Assembly: GCA_964481345.1 (NCBI GenBank)
Contig: CAYZTC010000001.1
Location: 71,766 to 135,765 of the forward strand
Source of the DNA: an uncultured Candidatus Saccharibacteria bacterium
Lineage (GTDB): Bacteria > Patescibacteriota > Dojkabacteria > SC72 > JAFGCJ01
Reading direction: 5' to 3'
DNA: 64,000 nucleotides
The notes under the pieces were generated by a model. It saw only the letters and a program-made list of their open reading frames with translations, searched no databases and had not been told where the DNA came from. The translations under genes were made by a program, and so were the position numbers. The stretch's first letter is position 1, and the number at the start of each line of letters is the position of its first letter. Below, piece by piece: positions 56,580-64,000 of the stretch.

Positions 56580-58808
56580 GTGAAGAAAAAAACGCAAATA
56601 ATATTAAGAAAAATCTCCCAGTACTGTATCTATGCAATCTTGTTTATAACACCTATCCTGTTTCTTCCATTCACATCTGACTACTTTGAATTTAATAAAA
56701 GCGTACTATTTATCGCTTTAACCTTAATAGGTCTTACATTCTGGACAATAAGCCTTGATCCAGATGAAGAAATTTCACTATGGAAATCAAAACTAGACAA
56801 ACCAACAGCCATACTGTTTGCCACAGCCCTTATTGGACTACTACTATCACAACATCACATCACCAGCCTAATAGGCTTTTCTGGTACACTTTCGAACTCC
56901 TTTTTACTTCTCGTTATTCTTATCGCCTTTGCGTTCCTTGTAAGAAACACCCTCATTGGCCAAAAATCAATCCACCGTGCATTTTGGTTTTTAGTTGCAA
57001 GCGGAACAACTGTTGCGATTATTACAGTACTTCAGTACTGGGGGATTTTTATCTTTAAATATTTAGAGATTCTTAGATTTACAACTTACAGAACATTTAC
57101 CACCCTTGGATACGAGGTTGTACTTCCATTTTTCCTTGTATCCCTAATTCCAATTGAGATGTACCTGTTGTTTAACTACAACAAAAATATCAAACATAAG
57201 ATTGTTCTAAGACTAATACTTTTTACCATCCTATATGCCATCATACTATCAAGCGGCAAAGTATGGACCTGGCCAGCACACACTACTATACCCTCCTCAG
57301 CCTTAATTATTTGGATAATGATAAAAACTTATGGTAAGAAATTTAAACTCGACAAAAAAATACTACCTCCACTGACCATACTATTATCCTTACTATTTCT
57401 GCTACACAACATTCCGGCAATTGAAAATAAGATTGTTACAACACAATCCTTCTACTCCACTCAACCTAAACTCTCACTAAGTACGAGCTGGAAAACACTG
57501 ACCAGCCAGTACTCCAATTCCGCTAAAGATATCATATTTGGAGGAGGGCCTGACACGTATGCATACACCTTCACAAAAAATAAACCGGCCTCCTATTCAA
57601 ATTCTGAAAATGCAGGAATTAGATTTGCGCGCTCCTCAACTCAAGTGATAGAAATTGCATCAAATTACGGAATCCTTGGAATTGCCGCATGGGGAGCATT
57701 TATCTACCTTTTTTACCTTCTTATTAAAAAAATATTTACAACAAAACGTGAAAGTGAATACTCATTTATTTTAGAAACACTGTGTATTGAGCTAGCCATA
57801 CTTTTACTGGCAGGATTTATGACGTTCTATACATCTATCATCTGGATTATGATATGGCTTTGTATTGGCTTAATATCAACCCTATACGTACTACATTTCC
57901 CGAGGGAAGCAGAAAGAACAGCACTTTCACTTGCGCTTTCTAAAGAATCTCTTACCGTAAACAAACAAAATGTGCTTCCAAGAATATCTCAAATACTTGC
58001 CATACTAACTACAATTGGAACAATATTTATTCTATCCAAACTATATATTGGGGAGTCTTACTATTTGGTTGGACAAAACGCTATAACAATCGGTGCAGAA
58101 AATGATGCGGAGATGATCGTCAACTATATGCAATCTAATAATTATTTTTCAGACGCAATTCGATTTTTCAAACTCAGAGATGATTATTATTCTGATAGAT
58201 CAATTGTGGTCATTAATTTCCTTAAAAAGTCTGTAGATATAGATAACCAAGAAGGTGAGTTTGAAGCCTTTAGTTCAGAACAAAACCAACTAAAAAATCT
58301 TTCAATTGATAGTCTGAAATCAGCTGTAAACTTGAACCCCATAAACGTCCGCAACTTTAAAGCCGCCGTATATATCTACGAAACACTTGTTCAACTTACA
58401 GGAGGAGAATATGCCACAGAGTTACTAGGTGCAACCAACAGCGGACTTGTACTAGACCCAAATGATCCAGAACTTCATCACAAAAAGGGAGTGTTGCTAT
58501 ATCTTGCAAACAGAGATGGTGCAGTAGAAGAAATCGAAAAAGCAATAGAGCTTGATTCCCTATATATACAAGCAAGATTTGACCTTGCAACAATACTCCA
58601 AGCAAGTGGGGATTTTGGAAGTGCCCAAAACCAGCTTGAACAAATTCTTCAAATTCTTGAAGAGTATGGACTTGAGGAACTCGACATTTACAACGAACTC
58701 GAAAGGGATATTAAAGACTATGAAAGAGGTTTCATCCCAGAAAATTTTCAACTAGGAACACTTGATAAAGATATTGAAGACATAGAAGAAGGAATAGAAG
58801 AAGAGTAG
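56580..58808 (+). CDS. polytopic membrane protein with O-antigen-ligase-like (Wzy_C) core and C-terminal TPR repeats
   Basis: At least 10 TM helices, then TPR-like repeats (AVNLNPINVRNFKAAVYIYE...). Confidence 0.5.
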   Translation: MKKKTQIILRKISQYCIYAILFITPILFLPFTSDYFEFNKSVLFIALTLIGLTFWTISLDPDEEISLWKSKLDKPTAILFATALIGLLLSQHHITSLIGFSGTLSNSFLLLVILIAFAFLVRNTLIGQKSIHRAFWFLVASGTTVAIITVLQYWGIFIFKYLEILRFTTYRTFTTLGYEVVLPFFLVSLIPIEMYLLFNYNKNIKHKIVLRLILFTILYAIILSSGKVWTWPAHTTIPSSALIIWIMIKTYGKKFKLDKKILPPLTILLSLLFLLHNIPAIENKIVTTQSFYSTQPKLSLSTSWKTLTSQYSNSAKDIIFGGGPDTYAYTFTKNKPASYSNSENAGIRFARSSTQVIEIASNYGILGIAAWGAFIYLFYLLIKKIFTTKRESEYSFILETLCIELAILLLAGFMTFYTSIIWIMIWLCIGLISTLYVLHFPREAERTALSLALSKESLTVNKQNVLPRISQILAILTTIGTIFILSKLYIGESYYLVGQNAITIGAENDAEMIVNYMQSNNYFSDAIRFFKLRDDYYSDRSIVVINFLKKSVDIDNQEGEFEAFSSEQNQLKNLSIDSLKSAVNLNPINVRNFKAAVYIYETLVQLTGGEYATELLGATNSGLVLDPNDPELHHKKGVLLYLANRDGAVEEIEKAIELDSLYIQARFDLATILQASGDFGSAQNQLEQILQILEEYGLEELDIYNELERDIKDYERGFIPENFQLGTLDKDIEDIEEGIEEE

Positions 58809-58910
58809 TCCCGAAACCCTGAGGTTGGGGCAGTAAACCTCAACTCATGATATCACGCTCGTGAAACATAATGCAATAGACACCGAAAAGCACGCATAAA
58901 CTAACATAAA

Positions 58911-59114
58911 TTATTCATATTTAATTGCACCAGAAGGGCATATGTTCACGATATCATCCATATTTTTATCCTGCAAATTTGCATCACCTTTTACCCCTAC
59001 CTTTCCATCTCCTGTAGGTTCAAAAACATCTGGGTATATAGAATAACATGTACCACAATTTGAACATAATTCTGGTACAACTTTTAGCTTTCTCGAGTTT
59101 TTTGAATCACTCAT
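58911..59114 (-). CDS. 4Fe-4S ferredoxin
   Basis: CSNCGTC...CP motif; 67 aa. Confidence 0.7.
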   Translation of the reverse strand: MSDSKNSRKLKVVPELCSNCGTCYSIYPDVFEPTGDGKVGVKGDANLQDKNMDDIVNICPSGAIKYE

Positions 59115-59132
59115 TACTCAAGAAGTATAATT

Positions 59133-60035
59133 TTATTTCTCTTCCATCTTACCACATATGCCAAACCACTCCTTATCAAAATGTTCCCTACCCATTGTAT
59201 CAATAATAATTTTAATACTTTTCCCCTTCCAAGGTTTATCCCTATAACTCAACCCATTAACTCTGCACACCAAGTAATAAATAAAGGTAACCTCTGACAT
59301 AGACACATCATGCATAAAGGTTGTAAGTCGATTGGAATCAAAAACAAACACGAAAGAATCGAACATCCTAATCTGCCTTACTACTAATTTATCAATAAAA
59401 CTTTTTAAGTGCTTATTTCCAAGATACATCCCCAATATCTCACTCATCCTAACCCAAGAACCCTTACTCTCATTGAATTTACGTAAAACACTTACAGTAC
59501 CGTCTTTAACATCCTCAATAAAACGACCTATCTCTTCTAATTCAGGAATTGGTGCTTGTCTGTTTACACCTGTAAATAAATTCTTACCCTTAATAAATCC
59601 TTTCTCTTTCATCACTTCAAAAACATCCATATTCCCAAAAGCCCAAGAAACGACCCTGTTGTACATACTCACCTCTGGATTAACTCTGTTTGTTATGAGA
59701 TTTATTAAGCCTCCACTACGTTCTACAACCCTTTTGGCCAAATCTAATCTCCCTGCAAGACTTTCTCTATATTTCTCTTTGTTAAAAACATTTCTTACTA
59801 GCGCAACCCAAAAAAATGGATCACCCACAAGAATTCCATCAGTATCAAAACAAACGATTGACTTGTTTTGAGAACAATGCTCTTCAAGCTTACAGATTGT
59901 GTTTTCAAACCCATCCGTTTCAACACAATCTATCTCAACATCCAACACTTTTCCAATACTTTCAAAAAACTCTGGATATGATCCCTTCGCAAAAGACTCA
60001 GCACACTCACTATATCTATTTATGTCCAAAGGCAT
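59133..60035 (-). CDS. hypothetical protein, possibly HAD-like hydrolase
   Basis: IVCFDTDGIL (motif I-like DxDG), LINLITNR (motif II-like) and FVFDSN. Weak assignment. Confidence 0.35.
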   Translation of the reverse strand: MPLDINRYSECAESFAKGSYPEFFESIGKVLDVEIDCVETDGFENTICKLEEHCSQNKSIVCFDTDGILVGDPFFWVALVRNVFNKEKYRESLAGRLDLAKRVVERSGGLINLITNRVNPEVSMYNRVVSWAFGNMDVFEVMKEKGFIKGKNLFTGVNRQAPIPELEEIGRFIEDVKDGTVSVLRKFNESKGSWVRMSEILGMYLGNKHLKSFIDKLVVRQIRMFDSFVFVFDSNRLTTFMHDVSMSEVTFIYYLVCRVNGLSYRDKPWKGKSIKIIIDTMGREHFDKEWFGICGKMEEK

Positions 60036-60066
60036 ATATCATTAAACGATAAATTATCCTTTTGTT

Positions 60067-60690
60067 TCACTTAAACATGGATGTTTGTGCAGATTGGGGC
60101 CTTTGCACATAACCTCTTGACCAGTCGACCTCTGTCTCTTTCACAAAACCAGATTTATCATAATAGCTAAGCTTACCTTTCTCCTCACCAAGCTTCCATA
60201 TCTCATACGTCAACCTTACATCTTCAAGGCAGTACTCCTCAAGCTTTTTTAACTCTCCCTTTTTCCAAAAATCAACAGCATCAACACCCGTTGCAATTTT
60301 AGACTTACCTAAATTAGCCCTTGCAAGATCATCAAGTTTAGGTCTGAACCCAATTGCCAGCTTCATAGCAACCATAAGATCCAACGTTGGAAGCTTCCAT
60401 AAATCAACATCTAAATATGGGCTTAAAACAGCATAATCAAAAAACCAAATATTATATCCAACAACCCTATCCGCATCTTTCAATATTTTCTCAAGCCTTG
60501 GAATATCTTTTTCCCAAAAACTATAGTACTTATCCTTATCACTATCATATCCTCCCGCAAAAGAAATCTCTAAACCTCCTGTCTTGCAACTTTCAATCCC
60601 TTCATAGTAAAGATGTTTTGTTTCTACATCGATAAATAACATATTGTGATAAGGATTATACATCTTAAAACAAAAAACCATGAACAACAT
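60067..60690 (-). CDS. DEDDy-type 3'-5' exonuclease domain protein
   Basis: Exo I FIDVET, Exo II YNIWFFDYAVL, Exo III YCLEDVRLTYEIW. The true start is probably the internal Met at MYNPYHN, near 60663. Confidence 0.6.
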   Translation of the reverse strand: MLFMVFCFKMYNPYHNMLFIDVETKHLYYEGIESCKTGGLEISFAGGYDSDKDKYYSFWEKDIPRLEKILKDADRVVGYNIWFFDYAVLSPYLDVDLWKLPTLDLMVAMKLAIGFRPKLDDLARANLGKSKIATGVDAVDFWKKGELKKLEEYCLEDVRLTYEIWKLGEEKGKLSYYDKSGFVKETEVDWSRGYVQRPQSAQTSMFK

Positions 60691-60745
60691 AGTATTTTAC
60701 TCCTTTGCTATGCGGTCATGGTTTTTAAAAGGCACTATCTTGATA

Positions 60746-61183
60746 CTACTTTACGTCAATATCAATCTTTTTGGGCTCTGAACCCTCACTCTTTGGAAGA
60801 GAAATTGTCAAGACACCATCTTCAAACGTTGCATTTGACTTAGATGGGATAACCTCCACAGGAAGTGCACAAGACCTGGTAAATGATCTCTTCGAAATCT
60901 CTTTCTTGTAATATTTTCTCTTTTTATCCTTTTCCTCAATCTCCTCCTGAGCCTTACCAACAACGGTAATATTTCCAGATTCGACTGAAACATCAATCTC
61001 GTCCTTCTTAAATCCTGGAGCTTTAACCTTTACCATAACGTTATCTCCCTCCTCGTAAACATCCATCTGAATATCAGAATCCCAATCAAATTCATCCCAA
61101 TCATTAGGCATAAGTCCCCAAGGGCCCCAAACAGAAAGTCTTCTCATGAAAGTATACTTTAACAATTTATTGGCAGTCGACAT
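60746..61183 (-). CDS. Hsp20/alpha-crystallin small heat-shock protein
   Basis: ACD core MVKVKAPGFKKDEIDVSVESGNITVVGK...GVLTISLPK. Confidence 0.85.
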   Translation of the reverse strand: MSTANKLLKYTFMRRLSVWGPWGLMPNDWDEFDWDSDIQMDVYEEGDNVMVKVKAPGFKKDEIDVSVESGNITVVGKAQEEIEEKDKKRKYYKKEISKRSFTRSCALPVEVIPSKSNATFEDGVLTISLPKSEGSEPKKIDIDVK

Positions 61184-61210
61184 ATTAGACTGCTAAATAA
61201 TAGTATATCG

Positions 61211-61738
61211 TTGGTAGTTATTTCTGTCAAGAATTATAATAGAAATATGCAAAACAAAAGGACCAATAAATGGCTTATTGAAAGACTTTACTACATCTGG
61301 GAAAACTACTTTGCAGATGTTCCGAGAAAAAACCTTGTACTAATAAAATTCGGAAGAAACTCTAATCGGCAACTTGGATCGATTAAGTGGGCAAGAAAAA
61401 ACACAAGAATAAAGGGACTAATGAAAAGTAAAAAACTACAAGAATTTTACAACTCACAGGACGACAAAAGAATTACTGTCATAACAATCACAAAAAAGTT
61501 TCAAGATGAAACAATTCCGGATTATGTAATTGATAATACAATCGCACACGAGATATGCCACTACGTACACGGGTTCTCGTCTCCCCTAAAGCAGCAATAT
61601 CGCACCCCACATCAAGGAGGAATAATAAAAAGGGAACTATCTGGGCGCGGTTTCGCAGATACCCATAAAAAAGCAAAGAAATGGATTAAAGACAATTGGA
61701 ACCATGCCATAGGCAGGTCTGCCTCTGGCAGAAATTAG
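61211..61738 (+). CDS. SprT/YgjP-like (DUF45) zinc metallopeptidase
   Basis: HExxH in IAHEICHYVHG. Size and basic character typical of the family. Confidence 0.6.
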   Translation: MVVISVKNYNRNMQNKRTNKWLIERLYYIWENYFADVPRKNLVLIKFGRNSNRQLGSIKWARKNTRIKGLMKSKKLQEFYNSQDDKRITVITITKKFQDETIPDYVIDNTIAHEICHYVHGFSSPLKQQYRTPHQGGIIKRELSGRGFADTHKKAKKWIKDNWNHAIGRSASGRN

Positions 61739-61747
61739 CAATAAGAA

Positions 61748-61770
61748 AGGGGCGCGAAACCGCGCCCCTT
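61748..61770 (+). terminator. strong GC hairpin terminator after the SprT-like gene
   Basis: AAGGGGCGCG-aaac-CGCGCCCCTT, a perfect 10-bp stem, 10 nt after the stop. Confidence 0.55.
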
Positions 61771-61773
61771 CTA

Positions 61774-62258
61774 GCAAATGCAACCTACCTTACAGCAGGC
61801 CACTGAAGTCCAGACTAGACTGAGGACAGCCAAGGAGCAGTAACCGAACCACTCATCCAACCCGGCTTACACCGGACCAAACTCCAAACACGGGACTTGC
61901 AAAGATCCTACCGTGGATAAGACACACCTAGAATGCGACTCTCGTACCAATGCAGGCAGGAAAACATACATCCATGCCTGGGATCAGACGCATCTGATCC
62001 GCGACCCGAAAAAGAAGTACGGGCCACCAAAGGTAAGGAACCCACGGAGGGTTCATCCTACAGACAAGCAAGGCTCACGCCAAACTTTGAACTTCAAACC
62101 GGAAGGGAATGTATGCAAACCCAGCGGGGGCAAGGACATCCCTTACCCATCCTGCAGCTCAGGACGAGCTACAGAACCAAGAAGAAAGAACCTGTAAGGA
62201 TCCGTTTTCAGTTATCCACAATTTTTATGAAAAGTCAAGAACTGTCCGAATAATACGA
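61774..62258. other. GC-rich (~55% by eye) ORF-poor island, candidate structured ncRNA or foreign DNA fragment
   Basis: Composition departs sharply from the ~1/3 GC surroundings. Only short mutually overlapping ORFs of basic, non-protein-like composition. Internal hairpins such as GGATCAGA-cgca-TCTGATCC. Confidence 0.3.
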
Positions 62259-62810
62259 TTACGCCTTTGCACCAGTAGTTTCCTTTTGCAATGCATACCT
62301 TCCATACTCAGAATATCCCTTTTCGGCGGCATTTTTTGACGAAATGAATATCAACTTTGCCACTCTCTCCCCGGCCCTGAGGACTATGTCAAACTTATTA
62401 CTATTAAATATCTCCAGTGTGATTATGCTGTCGGAATGTCCTGGCTCAATGTACATCGCAGTATTCTGTACAGACACGCCTAGTCTTGCCAGGGTACTTC
62501 TTGTATCAAACAGACCACCGATATACTTAGGGATTGTCACCTTTTCCAAGGTTTGACCAAGTACAAACATCCCCGGTTTTAAAACAAAGCCTTTCTTGGA
62601 AATTTCCATCCTTTCGTACTCAGGGTTTATTTCTTTACCCATGTCTACTCTTTGGCCATCTTTAGGAATAAGCAATATTTTCCCAAGTCCTAATCTGTAG
62701 CTTCCAGCACAAACATTAGACTCATTATACGGATCGATGATAATTTCCTTTTTCTGGATAAGCCTTTTTATCTGTTTATCTACTAATAAAGACATCCTAA
62801 AATCTACCAA
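62259..62810 (-). CDS. dcd: dCTP deaminase (dUTPase fold)
   Basis: LLVDKQIKRLI...IIIDPY...GSYRLGLG N-terminal signature of Dcd. Confidence 0.8.
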   Translation of the reverse strand: MVDFRMSLLVDKQIKRLIQKKEIIIDPYNESNVCAGSYRLGLGKILLIPKDGQRVDMGKEINPEYERMEISKKGFVLKPGMFVLGQTLEKVTIPKYIGGLFDTRSTLARLGVSVQNTAMYIEPGHSDSIITLEIFNSNKFDIVLRAGERVAKLIFISSKNAAEKGYSEYGRYALQKETTGAKA

Positions 62811-62920
62811 AACTTATGGCGCTAGGCTCTATAAAACCCCCATAACATATCACCCATCCCAATAAATGCAAAATCACAGTCATCAGGCAAACATTGTAAA
62901 AGATGAACAATGGATACTTT

Positions 62921-63571
62921 CTAAACCCTTTCTCCTGATGATCTACATGTAATGCTATTAAGGAATAGAGATCCAACTATTAAGGTATACAGACCTACCC
63001 TAGACTCAAGTACACCTAAGGTTACTATCATTCCCTGAAGTAAGCCGGAAACAATGACAACAATCATTTCTGAGTTACCAAGTCTCTTTTTAAGTAGCAC
63101 ATTATCTTGAAAAAACGCAAAAAATGCATTCAGTCCTATTATCCCCGTCCAAATCATATAGTGGCTTAAGTACTCATCAAAAAACTCCACAATAGGAGTA
63201 TCTACTGACATTCTTATCTGATTAGCTGTAAACCTCATCCCTATACCACTTATCAATAGCACAGACATCAGGGTGCAAAATAAAAAGGATGTGATCTTTA
63301 TCTTGTTACTCTTCATTGTTTTAAAGAGTTTCATTGCAAAAGACAGGTAAACTGGAATGGAAACTAAAAGCAGAAGTATCTCTATCATAGACCCAAGGGT
63401 AATGTACTCATGTATTCTCCAGTCCCATCCCTCCCACATAAATAGAAGTATAAAAGTAGAAACAACGAAGTTTTGAAATACAATATATCTAATGTACTCC
63501 CACTCATTTTTATCAATACCTAGAAATTCCTTCATACCCATTAATATATCCTGTCCGAATAGAGGAATCAA
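62921..63571 (-). CDS. hypothetical integral membrane protein (216 aa)
   Basis: Six hydrophobic helices. No motifs. Confidence 0.45.
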   Translation of the reverse strand: MIPLFGQDILMGMKEFLGIDKNEWEYIRYIVFQNFVVSTFILLFMWEGWDWRIHEYITLGSMIEILLLLVSIPVYLSFAMKLFKTMKSNKIKITSFLFCTLMSVLLISGIGMRFTANQIRMSVDTPIVEFFDEYLSHYMIWTGIIGLNAFFAFFQDNVLLKKRLGNSEMIVVIVSGLLQGMIVTLGVLESRVGLYTLIVGSLFLNSITCRSSGERV

Positions 63572-64000
63572 TTTTCAATAATTTCCACTTCTTCAATAAG
63601 CTTTTTTAATACGCCTTTAAAACCTTCAAGTTCTTTATACCCAAACCCTTTTTTATTTTTATACGATGGGTCTATTGTTTTTCCTCCACGAAAATTCTGA
63701 ACGACAAGTCTTTTAGCACCTTTCACCAATTTTCCTACTCCCAGTATCGACCTCTTATCATGTAGCCCAGGTACAACTGTTGTCCGAAACTCATAATCTT
63801 TCCCTAATTTCATAATTATCTTAATGCTCTTTTTTATTTTAGAGATATCGACCTCGCAACCAGATGTCTCAGAGTACTTTTCAGGTGAGTTTTTAATATC
63901 CACAGCCCAGTAATCAACTAATTCACATAACTCCTCAATCTTTTCTGGGGAGTACCCGTTTGTATCAACCTTAACCAGTAGTCCTAAGTCTTTCACCTTA
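63568..64000 (-). CDS. radical-SAM activase-like protein (NrdG/PflA/QueE-like C-terminal part), probably truncated by the window end
   Basis: VKVDTNGYSPEKIEEL and VVPGLHD resemble the C-terminal half of glycyl-radical activating enzymes. The Cx3Cx2C N-terminus would lie beyond 64000. Confidence 0.45.
   Translation of the reverse strand, partial: KVKDLGLLVKVDTNGYSPEKIEELCELVDYWAVDIKNSPEKYSETSGCEVDISKIKKSIKIIMKLGKDYEFRTTVVPGLHDKRSILGVGKLVKGAKRLVVQNFRGGKTIDPSYKNKKGFGYKELEGFKGVLKKLIEEVEIIEN

Noticed and set aside
61912-62219. Replication origin suggested by the DnaA boxes TTATCCACA (62211) and GTGGATAAG (61912)
   Set aside because: Only one perfect and one 8/9 box, in GC-rich rather than AT-rich DNA, and far from dnaA/dnaN. 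recF is 18 kb away.
61774-62258. RNase P RNA, tmRNA or SRP RNA assignment for the GC-rich island
   Set aside because: Partial similarity to the P4 strands exists, but the two elements are only ~50 nt apart and CR-II/CR-III equivalents are missing. No tRNA-like T-arm for tmRNA. No GGAA/AGCAGCC SRP apex. Left unclassified.

Overview
This window is almost entirely a compact, low-GC, housekeeping genome segment. GC is roughly one third, estimated by eye rather than computed. Genes are short and tightly packed, and the content looks like a Patescibacteria/CPR-type bacterium, possibly Saccharibacteria-like; that assignment is an inference. Several genes are reduced relative to their usual form: IF-2 lacks its N-terminal domain, AlaRS lacks the C-Ala domain, and the Lon homologue has no protease domain. 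Sortase, an LCP-family protein and MltG suggest a Gram-positive-like envelope, and dprA-comM-yraN are competence genes. Recognisable core genes include a nusA-ylxR-infB-(DHH-like)-rpsO-pnp operon, hrcA-grpE-dnaK behind a sigma70 promoter with a CIRCE-like operator, and dnaJ, lepA, recF, alaS, ruvX, mltG, holA, rpsT, dcd, RNase J and a family-4 UDG. The left edge holds a partial Type IIG restriction-modification gene and two small unknown genes beside a tRNA-Ser(GGA), which looks like a tRNA-associated island edge. The features that most deserve a second look are these. A minimal T4SS-like module (45654-49523) has a PrgI/VirB3-like protein fused to a carboxypeptidase-regulatory-like beta-sandwich domain and a VirB4 ATPase whose N-terminal part appears to sit in a separate overlapping ORF; no VirD4 or relaxase is present. 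Downstream of alaS is a 1.5 kb ORF-poor stretch with a roughly 230 bp tandem triplication seeded at the alaS stop codon and five copies of a conserved motif of about 40 nt. An FtsA-like gene is followed by a 728-aa acidic bitopic protein and a 201-aa unknown protein, with no ftsZ in the window. RNase J is flanked by a family of RNA hairpins and preceded by a 20-codon uORF that duplicates its own N-terminus. A GC-rich, ORF-free 480 bp island behind a strong terminator (61774-62258) could be an unclassified structured RNA. No CRISPR array, rRNA, transposase or integrase was seen.
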